Shown: positions 28,040-41,547 of the stretch, one piece after another | Layout: every line of letters begins with the position of its first letter | Numbering within the stretch: the stretch's first letter is position 1 | Source of the DNA: Eledone cirrhosa | Taxonomy: Eukaryota | Assembly: GCA_964016885.1 (NCBI GenBank) | Contig: OZ024745.1 | Coordinates: forward strand, 126,046,001-126,110,000 | Length of the DNA stretch: 64,000 nucleotides | Direction: 5' to 3' | Translations under genes and position numbers: made by a program | The notes under the pieces: generated by a model | What the model saw: only the letters and a program-made list of their open reading frames with translations | Told to the model about the DNA's origin: nothing | The model's database searches: none

Positions 28040-28556
28040 ATCACCTATTCAACTCTATCACGTGCTTTGTATTACACCTTACATAACAAATACCTACATG
28101 ATCACCACATGCCTCTCTAACAAATTGCACACTATCTTAAACATTTCTAACAATTATAACATGCTTTAACACCCCACACAAAATATGTTTATTTCAACTG
28201 CATGATAACTCTTTCCTCATACATGCCTTATTGACTGTATTTACTCCTGCATTGTACACCACTTTTCCTTGCTTATAACTTTTTTGCCTATACTTTTTGC
28301 TTATACCTCTTACACTTTCAACCAGTGCTCCCTGTAATTCTGTTCTCTCAAGCATAACATCTTTTTAACTCCTGACTCTTACATGATGCCTATGACACTA
28401 ACAACAATTATGTACCCTAAATATTCTGAATGACTAGGATTTTAGTCACGTGTTTCGACATTCCCTATGCTCTGATGGATCCAGACTTCCCGCTGGAAGA
28501 AACAATTGTCAGCAAATAAATGTTCTAAACTAAAATTTGATCGTTTTAACACTTTG
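28036..28556 (+). mobile_element. (TA)n-flanked PLE-like 3' region ending in a hammerhead-like motif (28467-28515)
   Basis: TGCT-CTGATGG-ATCCAG..CTGGAA-GAAA-CAATTG-TC-AGCA: 4-bp stem I, palindromic ACAATTGT, GUC triplet, one core deviation. Confidence 0.65.
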
Positions 28557-28765
28557 TATATATATATATATATGAAAAGTGTCAGGACTTTGACGGCTGA
28601 ACTCCGGCCATTTCGACAGCTAGATCCGAACTAGTAGTAGAGTCGGTAATAATAGTGTCTTCAGTTCTGTTTACATGACACCACAACAGCAAGAATGATG
28701 AAGTCTTTCTACTGACATGGCTTTAAAGAGACTGTTTGCATAACTGCAAACTAATCGAATATTGT

Positions 28766-28950
28766 GAATTGGCAGTATCGGTAGAGAGTTGGACGCCATG
28801 CTTTCTAGCATAGTTACGTCCCTTTACAGTCTGAGTTCAAATCCCGCCGAGGTTAACTTTGCCTTTCATCCTTACGGGGTCGATAAAATAAAGTACCAGT
28901 AATGTACTGGATAATTGCTGGCCTTGTGCTTAAAGTAGAAACAATTATTA
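28766..28950 (+). mobile_element. Major SINE
   Basis: Full head, core and short-form tail. Confidence 0.85.
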
Positions 28951-28971
28951 ATATTCGAAAAACTCAGATTG

Positions 28972-29128
28972 CCATATTTCCCGGCGCCGAAGACGCTTCG
29001 TCCTCGAGGACGCACCCGAATTTTGACAACCAAAAATTAAAAAAATAATAATAAATAACCTTCAGCCTCCAGGACGAATGGTAGATTCTTGAGACTTATT
29101 TTAGGAAAAAAGTAGCCGGGAAATACGG
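28972..29128. mobile_element. pogo-like MITE, same family as 22193-22363
   Basis: Reverse-complement match; ends GGGAAATACGG|TA. Confidence 0.8.
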
Positions 29129-29775
29129 TACATTTAAATGATATAATATATACTATGTAGAAATAAATATTATATATATTTTTTATATATATAACATGTA
29201 TCGTTTGATATTTAATATACTATTATATCATCTTTACCGCAATACCCCACCGGCCCCTTAGGCCCCAGCGCCCCCTGGAATTTCCTAATGCCCCCTGGGG
29301 GGTTGTAACGCCCACTTTGAGAACCTCTGATATATAGAAATATGTTTGTGTGTGTATGGGTGTGTGTGCGTGTGCGTCGGTGTGTGCATGTGCGCATGCA
29401 TATTGATTTACTATATTATACACCTACATGCACTGATATAATTTTCTTATTGACGCTTCTAAACTTTGCATATAAATAATACTAACATTTCCCCCCGAAG
29501 CAGCACTCATACTTTCTTACGATTTCGCTTCATTATAGAATTACCATATCAAAGTCACCGAGACATATGAGTCATAGTTACTGGGAGTTGCGTAGGTTGA
29601 GTATACCTTCAGCTATATGGTTTCTTTCTGCTTATACCTATCAAGCTGTTTATTGCACTTCTGAAGCTATAGCATCTCAACTGCATATAATCTTTTTTAC
29701 AACTACAGATGTAATTATTTTTACCTCTTCTGGGATTGTCACGCGGAAAAGTGCTTTGCAGCGTTCATATAAATA

Positions 29776-29983
29776 TTTGTTTCTACTTTTGGCACAAGGC
29801 CAGCAATTACCCCAGTGCATTAGTGGTACTTTATTTTATCGACCCTGTAAGGATGAAAGGCAAAGTTAACCTCAGCAGGATTTGAAATCAGAAGGTTAAC
29901 TTTGCCTTTTATCCTTACGGGTCGATAAAATAAAGTACCAGTAATGCACTGGGTAATTTCTGGCCAGTGCATTACTGGTACTT
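29776..29983. mobile_element. Inverted SINE fragments forming a palindrome
   Basis: Minus-strand core 29776-29892, plus-strand core 29893-29964, short minus piece 29964-29983. Confidence 0.75.
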
Positions 29984-30212
29984 CATATAAATAATGCTGT
30001 AAAGATGATAAGCAGAACAAAATAACACAACGCTATCGGAAATTAGAGCAATCTACCCCCGGGGTCTGTTGTATATCTTTGAGTTTATTGTGGGGCACAC
30101 TCTAGCTACGCCAGTGAACGGTAAAATGGTTAAAACAAACTGCATCAATACTGATATTTACGCGCGATTTGTAACAAAAGGATTTCACTTTAAATGTCCT
30201 CTCTGTCTCAAA

Positions 30213-30533
30213 CAGTGGTTCCCAAACTTTTGTGCCCCATACCCCACCTCAACATCTCAAACATTTTCGTCCCCCACCTTGATTTAAAAACAGCGATGAT
30301 CAACTACAAAATGTAAACAAATCAGCGTATGGGTGATGCCAGATGCACAATAACATGTGTGGAGAAGGTGAGACAGAGGTTTCAGACAGTAATTTGTTCC
30401 AAAGTTGCCTTGGTGTAAAAGTAATAAGGTAAAACCTGAAGTTTGCTCTCATTAACATCATTTTCAAATTGCCACCCTTTATTATTCAAAATTGGTCCCC
30501 TGTGGGGCGTGCGCCCCACGTTGGCAATCACTG
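30213..30533. mobile_element. hAT-like MITE
   Basis: TIRs CAGTGGTTCCCAA / TTGGCAATCACTG; TSD decayed. Confidence 0.7.
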
Positions 30534-31076
30534 AACTAAAAGTATATAGAGACTAGAAAAGCAGAATCGTCAATGATTTATGAATTCATAAGGTCCCTTT
30601 TGGGCTTGCCTGACCATGGACTTAATATTTGATGTAGTTGTCATTTCTTAGTTATCACTTAAATGCAGCGCAGCTTGTGGCTAAAACAACCAATGCTGTT
30701 CACATGTGTTCATTGGTTCGGTGGTATTGTTTTGCTACTTTAATTTTTACTTATGTATGTCTTGAAAATAGAGCTTTGCTGAAATATTGGTCATATTTTT
30801 GTTTCAAATTTTTGTGAGAAAGTTTTTAATTTCATTTCGAATTTCTACGAATAAAATATTTTATATCTAACACAGAAAAAATATTGGAAAGAAATTTTCG
30901 CACCAAACCATATGTATATTCTTCCTTAGAACCTGTTAGCGGAATGAACGAAAGTATATAAACTTGTTGCTTTTTAAATATAAATAGCCAGTATCAAAGG
31001 TATCAAGGTTTTATTAGTCTCTATATCAGTCGTAAATCTTAAACTGTTTGTTCTAAATATTGATTGTTTTTATATA

Positions 31077-32040
31077 CTAGGATTTTTTTCCATACTCAGG
31101 CGCGTATGTGTATATGTATGTACGTGTGTGAATATGTATATGCAAACAACTATATGTATGAGTATATAAACATAAACGTGCAAACACAGACACACTTATA
31201 AAAATACACTCACAGACAAATACACACATACATTCACACGAACACACACATACATTCACACAATCACACATACATACACTCACACAAACACACACATACA
31301 TTCACACAAACACACATACATACATTTACACAAACACTCACATACACATACACACACACACACACGTCGTAGTTTTTTCACTATCCCCTTCCTTCCTTTT
31401 ACACACACATACATTCACGCAGGCAGCAGACGTAAAGAGATGGGAGTAGAATGAGGTAGTCAAACTACTCCTCTCTCTTTACGTGGTGTGACAGAATTGC
31501 AGAAATTTATATATAGGTGTTCGTGTGAATAAATCTGTGTTTGTGTGAATGTATGTGTGTGTTTGTGTAAATGTATCTGTTTTTGTGTGAATGTATGTGT
31601 GTGTTTGTGTGTGTTTGTGTGAATGTATGTTTGTGTGAATGTATGTGTGTGTTTGTGTGAATGTATGTGTGTGTTTGTGTAAATGTATGTGTGTGTTTGT
31701 GTGAATGTATGTGTGTGTTTGCGTGAATGTATGTGTGTGTTTGTGTGAATGTATGTGTTTGTTTGTGTGAATGTATGTGTGTTTGTGTGAATGTATGTGT
31801 GTGTTTGTTGGATGTATGTGTGTGTTTGCGTGAATGTATGTGTGTGTTTGTGTAAATGTATGTGTGTGTTTGTGTAAATGCATGTGTGTGTTTGTGTGAA
31901 TGTATGTCTGAGTGTGTATTTTTGTAAGTGTGTCTGTGTTTACTCGTTAATATTTAAATACTCATATATATAAATGTATGCATATGCACACACACAAACG
32001 CACACACATATACACATACGCTTATGGAAAAAAATTGTAG
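31077..32040. mobile_element. Fold-back element with long imperfect TIRs built partly from CA/TG minisatellite
   Basis: TATA|CTAGGATTTTTTTCCATA ... TATGGAAAAAAATTGTAG|TATA; central hairpin 31429-31483. Confidence 0.65.
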
Positions 32041-33892
32041 TATACAAAATAATTTGTTCTGCATCTCTCTCCCAAATAACACCCTTAACATTTTCGCAGT
32101 TCGTTTTAGTCGAAATCTTCACTTCTGAAAATTATTTCCCTCCAGTTTCAATTTAGTGAGAATCGATCTAGATATAATGTACACCGACTTTACCATTCTG
32201 TATGATACTGGAACACTTGGTTGGTGTCACCACTCGCTTTTGGTCAAAATACTTATTTATAACTTCGGCACAAGATTACAGATTTTCTAAGTGAAGTGTA
32301 GTTGATTGAATCTGCCAGAGACTGCCTGTTGAAGCTTTTTAAATCGACTACAAGAGTTGAGAAGCAAAATCTGTCTATTTTGGGATGGTAAATGAATATA
32401 ATTTTATAATGCAAAATATTTTGGCTGATGGTCTACTAATTCTTACGTTTACTACTATATAATTAAAAAACCCTAAGGTCAAGATAGGTAATATATTGGA
32501 TAAAGCATCATAGTTACCATTATGGTTCTTTCGACTAAAATACCTTAATGGAATTGAGATAGATAGGTTTGCTCCTTTCAAATACTGTTCACGCTAGCTA
32601 TTTCATCGCTTGATTTGCTTCTGTGCCTCTGGAACAATCTCGCGTGTTTTATGCTTGTATCATACCCCTGAGTATATTGCAAACATGTTTTTATACAATA
32701 TATCAACAAGTATGAAATAGTTACATTTAACAATATATTTTTAGTTCCGCTTTTATGTCTACAACTTACGTTCTACAGGGTATTCTTCCGTTTCATACAC
32801 GTTGGTTGTTATTATAAGACTACTAATTGGTTCTGTTATATTCTATTGAGTAACTTTACAAGTAGAAATTAAGATACAAAGAAAGTAACGACTGACTGAA
32901 TAGTCACGATACTGACTAATTGTTCAAAGACACCTGGATTTCAATAGCTTAGCCTACATATTTGTTCAATGTTATAAACAGCAGTGACACTTTATGATAA
33001 ATAATAACTTGATAGACTGTAGTTCTGTGTTCAAATCCTTCCATACGCTAGTTGGCCTCATTTAACGACGTATAACAATGATGTAAACCAAAGGTTCTCA
33101 ACGGGGGGCATTTCGGAGCTCCAGGGGGCGTTTTAGAGAAAGGGGGCGTTAGGGGGCGCTAGATAAGTTCTTAGGTAAGTTCTAGTGTAAATACATTTGA
33201 ATGAAGAAAACGAAGAAAATAAATAAAGAAGCTTGTCAACGAATTCCCTAGGGAGATAAAAGAAAGAAATCAAAGAAAATGAAAATAAGGACGACGTCAA
33301 CTTTTACAACAGTTACAAGAACAACCGAAACGACAAACGTACATACATATACATACATACATACATACATACATGCATACATACATACACACACATATAT
33401 ACACACACAGGCCAGAGTTGGTGCTTGATGAGGTGGAGAACCTGGTCAGCTTCCAGCCAGAGGTGTGGTATTTAATCTCCCTAGGTAATAAAATCTGGAG
33501 TCAAAATTCTCTCCTTGTCAAAAAAACAACATAAATCATGTCAACATCCGTACACGCTTAAATATTAATGCATGTATACAAATGTATAAATGCATAGCTA
33601 TATACATAGGGAAATGTATGTATATATGTATCCATGTATATTTATATATATATAGATAGATATATTATACACACACACACAAATATTTTTTTTTTTCAGT
33701 CGTACCGTAGATAGGACCCAATGTAATCTTGTAAAATCCATAGAAAAGTTCTGTGTTTCGCTGAATTAATTATCTAGATACAGAGTCAGATATTAGGTAT
33801 TAAGTTAACAATAAAATAAGAATAAAAAAAAATAAAAACAAAGCTATAAAGTAACTTGACTTTGTTCTTTTTATTTTCATTGTTAACTTGAT

Positions 33893-33957
<65 letters not shown>

Positions 33958-34200
33958 GCGCAGTGTGACAAAAAGCTTGCTTCCCAACCCCATATTTCCA
34001 GGTTCAGTCCCATTGCCCGGGCCGGCCAAAGTCCTGTGAGTGAATTTGATACACCGAAACTAAAAGAAACCCGTCGTATATATGTATATATGTCTGTGTG
34101 TGTATTTGCGTTTTTGTTTGCCCTCCCACCAATCCTTGTTGGTTTGTTGACGTCCCCATAACTTACCAAGGTGATGCTCCAGTATGGGCGTAGTCCAGAG
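33958..34200 (+). mobile_element. Second-family tRNA-derived SINE, nested in the hAT element
   Basis: AAGCTTGCTTCCCAACC...GGTTCAGTCCCA...GAAACTAAAAGAAACCCGTCGTATATATG; related to 35674-35835. Confidence 0.7.
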
Positions 34201-34248
34201 ACAGAAAAAAAGTAAAGTGTATATATATATATATATGTGTGTGTAGAA

Positions 34249-34650
34249 GAGGGGTCTCAAACTCAAGGACATAAAAGGGCCATTAAGTCCTAGAGGAGAG
34301 GTACTGGGCTAAACGTGGTGGTGGGTGATGATTTTCACCAGTTATAATCATTTCTACTATAGGTACAAGGCATGAAATTTAGGGTTTAGGGTCCCGTCGA
34401 TTCCATCGATCCCAGCTCACAACTGGTACTTAATTTATCAACCCCAAAAGGATGAAAGGCAAAGTTGAGATCGGCGGAATTTGAACTCAGAACGAAAAAC
34501 GGAAGAAGTACTGCTAACCATTTCGCCAGATGTGCTAACGATTCCACCAGCCCCCTGCCTTATTTTCACCAGTTATAATGGAATCTGAAATATTGGTTCT
34601 ACCACGGACCATAGAAAAGTAGTTCGTGGGCCACATGTTTGAGCCCCCTG
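34249..34650. mobile_element. hAT MITE interrupted by a SINE (34349-34561, minus strand)
   Basis: TIRs AGGGGTCTCAAAC / GTTTGAGCCCCCTG; the SINE has an 18-bp TSD ATTTTCACCAGTTATAAT at 34331-34348 and 34562-34579. Confidence 0.8.
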
Positions 34651-34728
34651 TTGGAGAGATAGATAGATAGATAGATAGACGTGTACCAAACACACACACA
34701 TTTCTTACTCTCCCTGTCTCTCCCTCTT

Positions 34729-34780
<52 letters not shown>

Positions 34781-34783
<3 letters not shown>

Positions 34784-34946
34784 CGTTTCTGAATTTGTTT
34801 AGCAAGATTCTTTATCTGAAAACGTGTGTTGAAACCGATATTGTTATACTTTGGGAGGGTCATGTTGCCAATAAGAAACACACGCACCAGTTGCTTTCAC
34901 TTCAATTTATTATTGGCAACATGAACCTCCCAAAGTATAACAATAT
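34781..34946 (-). mobile_element. Small fold-back element in (TA)n
   Basis: 37-bp arms 34838-34874 / 34910-34946 plus a 57-bp unduplicated tail. Confidence 0.6.
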
Positions 34947-35086
34947 ATATATATATGGTGTTGTTATTTGACGTTGTTGAAAAGAGCAGTGGCAATAAAA
35001 ACTGGAGACAAAATTCTTTCTGTACCAAAAACAAGGCACACACAGACACACACACATACACACAAGTTTGTTTGTGTGTGTGTGTA

Positions 35087-35123
<37 letters not shown>

Positions 35124-36488
35124 GATACAGATATTGTTTTCTCACTGTAACTAAGCATTTCAATTCATACGTTGAAACTAAGTTTGTGATCGAGGTACTT
35201 TATTTTGCAAGGTACTATTTTTCCTTTGAGTTTGAAATTCATCATATTTTGCATATTTTGTATTTTGACTTTACAGTTTAAATTGTAGAATTGTCTATCC
35301 ACTCAAAATATTACAACAGTTAACAGTGAAATATAGAATTTTAAAAAAAAACTTTTTCGACTGAGATCAAGTCTTTGAGAACGTTCACGTCTATTTTTCA
35401 AAAGTATATAATTTGAAATAGCTTGCTTTTCTTTTGAACTGAAACTGTTTTGTATTTAATTGGCACGAGTATTTTTTAAAGATTTTTTTAAAGATTCTAA
35501 CATAACTTGATTTGGCCCAGTAGTCTACTGATATCAAAATCAGTAGTATACTGTAAAATGGGAAAATAGGGTAGGGGGCGTTTCGTGATTTTGAGGGGCG
35601 AAAGGGGGCGTTTGGCTGAAATGGGAACCTTTGATGTAAACAAACACTATTTTCCTCCAGTTTACGTTCATAGAGGGCGCAGGCGTGGTTGTCTCGTTAA
35701 GAAGTTTAATTCACAACAACATAGTTTTCGGTGTAATCCAACAGAGTTACACGTTGAGCATGTCACTTTTGTTATAACTTCGGATCGAATACAGCTTTCA
35801 AAGTGAAATGTGGTAGATTGTGTGGAAGCCTGTTTCCGTTCTTTGTTTGTTTGTGGGGTGATACAGTAAATAGTTTGGCTGATTTAACACAATCATATGA
35901 CATCTGTGTGATTTTGTTGAAGAGGATTTTGTTGCAAGCATTAGGATCGGGTCTCCAGTCAAGGCATAATTTCGTCCCTTCGTGACACCATATGGAGAGT
36001 TTCTGAAAAGAGTCATAGACACTGCCTTTTCTTTACTGATTAGGCCCTTAAAAAAGTGAGAAATCGGATAATGAACTCCCGATAAATTATCAAAACCTTA
36101 CCATAGTTATTTTGAGGTTACATGAGGGTGGCTATATTTGACATTAATACAAACCGTCTTACATTTAGACAAGCAACACAACACCATTTTCATTACAGAT
36201 ATTACAATCTTGCTCAGAAAATTTCATCGAATGCTAATCACTTCCCGGAAGTACTAATTAACTCGACAAATATGTCTGACTTCTGGATTGACGAAATAAA
36301 GAAAACTAAAAGGAAAGGGTTATAAGAGAGCAAGTTAGAAATATAATATTTACCATCATGGAAGCTGTCTAGCATTAAATGGTGACTTTTGCTGAAGTAT
36401 AGTATCTTCTTACCTAATTGCAGAAACTCGATTTTGACATCTTTGAAATGTTACATACAGTTTGGACTTCGCTTCTACGCATGTCTAT

Positions 36489-36529
<41 letters not shown>

Positions 36530-36575
36530 CGTGTGTATATATATATATGTATATATATATATGTATATATATATT

Positions 36576-36687
<112 letters not shown>

Positions 36688-36892
36688 AGTATGTACACGT
36701 ACATACATATATGTATACAGACGTGCAGTAGTATGTATATATATATACATACATGCACACATATATATATGTACGTATGGATTCACTGAACATTTATTAT
36801 AATGCTCGGTGTGCTTGTAAACAAACATCCCGTATTAAGCCGTAGAGTCTAGCAACCATCGTGGCTCGTTTGTTCAACACTGACAAAGGAAC

Positions 36893-36933
36893 GATGTACT
36901 AGTTTCAAGCTTATTAGCTATCGTCAGCAATTT
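36893..36933 (-). ncRNA. Very compact hammerhead-like motif
   Basis: Minus strand TG-CTGACGA-TAGCT-AATA-AGCTT-GAAA-CTAG-TA-CA; palindromic ACTAGT, GUA triplet; stem I only 2 bp. Confidence 0.55.
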
Positions 36934-37201
36934 ATACCTTCCTGCCAGATTGTTGAACGTATATACTTATCTTATGCATATTAACGGCTGAGTAGCCCAA
37001 TTTGCATATCGAGTGGGTTAATCGGCCGGGTGCACCGAAAACGATAAACGGAAAAAATGAAACGAAATTTCATTTCCCACTCTTAGTACGGCTGTTACTT
37101 AAATATAAGTATGTACACGTACATACATATATGTATACATACGTACAGTAGTATGTATATATATATATACATACATGCACACATATATATATGTACGTAT
37201 G

Positions 37202-37267
<66 letters not shown>

Positions 37268-37365
37268 TATGTGTGTGTGTGTCTTCGTGTATAACTGCGT
37301 TTATGGATTTAATTCTATACATATATGGTTGTACGAAATTTTGCCTAATATATATATATATATAT

Positions 37366-37811
37366 CTAAAAGTTCTATTTAAATTGTTGGGATACAACAA
37401 GCAAATATTTTTATAACTGATATAAAGCACTCAACAAATATTTGGAGTAAACATACGATATTAACAAATGGAAACTATATTTATAAAACCATATTTATTT
37501 CATTATACATATTTCAAGGACACCAAGTTAAATTATGGTGTGCTTTCATCAGACAAAATATAATATAGATCAGTTTTATAAACAAATATTGACATACCCT
37601 TAAAAAATGTAACCATTACTGTTGGAAGCTCCCGGATCTTCCAACAGTAATGGTTGCATTCTTTAAGGGTATGTCAATATTTGTTTATAAAACTGATCTA
37701 TATTATATTTTGTCTGATGAAAGCACACCATAATTTAACTTGGTGTCCTTGAAATATGTATAATGAAATAAATATGGTTTTATAAATATAGTTTCCCCAT
37801 TTGTTAATATC

Positions 37812-37815
<4 letters not shown>
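37366..37815 (-). mobile_element. Fold-back PLE-like element, family B, 176-bp arms with 9-nt loop and 87-bp tail
   Basis: 37453-37628 versus 37638-37815 near-perfect palindrome; tail matches 44648-44800 and 51648-51840. Confidence 0.85.
37706..37770 (+). ncRNA. Minimal type-I hammerhead motif (mirror copy 37496-37560 on the minus strand)
   Basis: TATTTTGT-CTGATGA-AAG.ACACC...GGTGT.CTT-GAAA-TATGTA-TA-ATGAAATA. Confidence 0.8.
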
Positions 37816-37856
<41 letters not shown>

Positions 37857-37886
37857 TATATATCTATATGTATATATATATATAAG

Positions 37887-37977
<91 letters not shown>

Positions 37978-38355
37978 GATATTAATAAAAGATTGTTGTC
38001 TGTTGCTCTACCGATGCTGCCAACCCCCCACCTACCCTACTGCCTAATTAATAATCTACACCAACTAGACCTTTGCCATGACTAACAGATAAAACTATTT
38101 AAACGTAGAGCGCTAGTCCGCCGGAGAAACCGACATCACTCTTTAGTCCCAAATAAACCTACTCTGAACCATTTAATTGCAAATAATTATTAAATGCATG
38201 AAACATATCCTACTGTATTAAACTTAATTGGAAAGCCAAATTCAGAAAAAGTTTCAAAAGAAATAAAATGAGGAAACTCGAAACTTCTATTCAACCGACA
38301 ATGAAAAGTCTCGAAGCTAAAATTATTATATATATGTGTATATATATATATATAA

Positions 38356-38422
<67 letters not shown>

Positions 38423-38425
<3 letters not shown>

Positions 38426-38531
38426 ATAATAATAAATTTGAAGATTAAAATCCAAAGAGGGCTCGATAAGGATAAATATATATCAAATATATAAGAACCG
38501 TAGAGCAAATATTTATTAAAATAACAGAATA
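38423..38531 (-). mobile_element. PLE-like family A fragment
   Basis: Matches 1998-2105. Confidence 0.75.
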
Positions 38532-38589
38532 ATAAATATATATATATATAACGAAATAAGATGGTGAGGTTATTACATATATTGTTTAA

Positions 38590-38677
38590 TCATTATAATT
38601 ATTTCCACGGTTCTCCATGCAATCGAGATGTCCTTCATGCATTTGCTGTTGATTATGAGAACGGTTTCCTCAGATGA
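38590..38677 (-). ncRNA. Type-I hammerhead motif in a 170-bp island between (TA)n tracts
   Basis: Minus strand TCAT-CTGAGGA-AACCGTTCTC...GAGAACCGTG-GAAA-TAATTA-TA-ATGA; palindromic ATAATTAT. Confidence 0.7.
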
Positions 38678-38722
38678 AAAGCGATAAGTTTGATATGTCG
38701 TTGGCAGGAAAAAGCACACGTC

Positions 38723-38796
<74 letters not shown>

Positions 38797-38828
38797 TATA
38801 TATATATATTTATATATATTTATATATA

Positions 38829-38963
<135 letters not shown>

Positions 38964-38994
38964 TATATATAAATATATATAAATATATATATAA

Positions 38995-39059
<65 letters not shown>

Positions 39060-39079
39060 TATATAAATATATATATAAA

Positions 39080-39220
<141 letters not shown>

Positions 39221-39221
39221 G

Positions 39222-39325
<104 letters not shown>

Positions 39326-39401
39326 TATGTGTGTGTGTGTCTTCGTGTATAACTGCGTTTATGGATGTAATTCTATACATATATGGTTGTACGAAATTTT
39401 G

Positions 39402-39438
<37 letters not shown>

Positions 39439-40433
39439 TATAGATATACAATACAGCTCACCTTAAAGTATGTAGATGAAATTGTTGCGCTAAAATAATT
39501 TTACCGAATTATAAACTGAAAAAGAGTTCATGTTGGTGTAATAGCATAATTATATTTGATTTAATCTAAGACGAAATCACCTTCTATAATAAAACAGACT
39601 AAAGGGACTGAGGGGTTAATGTTGCCTTTCATATTTTAGCAGAGTCAATAGATTACAAACAAGTAATTTTATAAATCCTTGTGTCCCTGTTCCTTTTAAA
39701 GAGTGACCTTGAAAGAAAAGTTATATTGAGAGAGGTTTATGTCATTATTTAAAGTAATCGCACTGAAAACAATTATTCATAAATTTGCAAACTGGTATTA
39801 ATACACGTATGTGTGTACATACTGTACATATTATAAGTCACTGCTAGCAACCGAACCAAAAACAATTTAAGTACTTTTACACGTATTTGAGAGCGTATAT
39901 GTGGGAGGAAATTATTATGTCATTAGGTGTAATAGAAGTTAAAATATGTATACAGACTAGAAGATTTATAATAAGAAAATGTATAAATGTATATAATAGA
40001 AAATCATAAGCTCATTAAAATATATGTTGGCAATTTCCATCTCGGTATATATAAAAATTGCGAAGAATGCAAAACAGTTTGCCAAATTATATAATTATAT
40101 TTAATTATAGTTGTTCCTAAGGCGGAAGTGTAGTTCTTATAATCGAATTCAGTAGCATTAAAAATAGTTTGAAAACGTCGTGTTTGAAATCTTAGATGTT
40201 AATGTATTAAAGGAACTCCTGAGACGGAGAATAGAAATACATAATTAAGCTTTTGAAATAAAGAACTGTATGTAACGTTTGGCACAGTTTTTAGTTCTAA
40301 AACGTTGAATGCATGGTTATGGAGCATAGCCAATACATTTTGAAGAATGAAATCTGTTTTTGTAGTAGTACGAAAAGTGATAATAGAATGCTGATTGAAG
40401 AATTTCAGTAATGTGGGTTGCCTATCAATTATA

Positions 40434-40495
<62 letters not shown>

Positions 40496-40496
40496 A

Positions 40497-40665
40497 TAAT
40501 TGTTTCTACTTTTGGCACAAGGCCAGCAAATACCCAGTGTATTACTGGTACTTTATTTTATCGACCCCATAAGGATGAAAGGCAAAGTTAACCTCGGCGG
40601 AATTTGAACTCAGAATGGCAAGGGCCGTAACTCTATGTGTCAAAGCATGGCGTCCAACCCTCTAC
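40497..40665 (-). mobile_element. Major SINE
   Basis: Reverse-complement core and tail. Confidence 0.85.
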
Positions 40666-40669
40666 CTCT

Positions 40670-40933
40670 TTGGATTTGTACGTGTGTTATATAGTTATAG
40701 AGGTATTTATTTACGCTTTAATTTATATTTTTAATTATCGTGTCTATAGTCTGCCTTTCATAGGTTATAGATTCCATACACTGGTGGTTTTTCCCTGTTT
40801 TATTGATAGCGCACTGTATCTCTCTCTAGTGTGTTACCTTTTCAACATATTGTATTTTAAAGAGCTCAGGATTTACTCTCCTTTGAGCACATTATTTACA
40901 GGGAATGGCGAGTCTATGGCTCCGTTAATTTAT

Positions 40934-40938
<5 letters not shown>
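40670..40938 (+). mobile_element. PLE-like 3' end abutting (TA)n; rearranged copy at 44811-44912
   Basis: 40769-40851 recurs at 44833-44912; 40919-40939 recurs inverted at 44810-44831. Confidence 0.6.
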
Positions 40939-41013
<75 letters not shown>

Positions 41014-41185
41014 TGGGGTTTCTATGTCATTTTTAAGGGCAAAATTTTGACTTTTGATTGGTGTACATAATGTTAGTGTTGATTTAAGATTGTATATATC
41101 TGTAAAAGTCAAGTGAGGTTAACAGAATGACTTGCCGACAATGGGGAATATGACTCACGTCTACACACAAACACGTACATGTATA

Positions 41186-41218
<33 letters not shown>

Positions 41219-41305
41219 ATGTGTGTGTATTTGTATGCATGAATATATATATATATATGCGTGTGTGTGTGTATTTGTGAATATGTGTATTTGTATGCAT
41301 GTATG

Positions 41306-41352
<47 letters not shown>

Positions 41353-41484
41353 ATATATATGAGTGTGTGTGTGTGTGTGTGTGAATTTAAATGCATACAG
41401 ACAGATACAGACACACACACACCGTCTCTCACACACACCCACACGCACACATACATATGTATGTGTATACATACATATATATAT

Positions 41485-41547
<63 letters not shown>

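Larger units (their letters stand above)
33089..35633. mobile_element. 2.5-kb non-autonomous hAT element hosting nested insertions
   Basis: TIRs CAAAGGTTCTCA / TGGGAACCTTTG; exact 8-bp TSD ATGTAAAC at 33081-33088 and 35634-35641; subterminal AGGGGGCG motifs at both ends. Confidence 0.85.
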
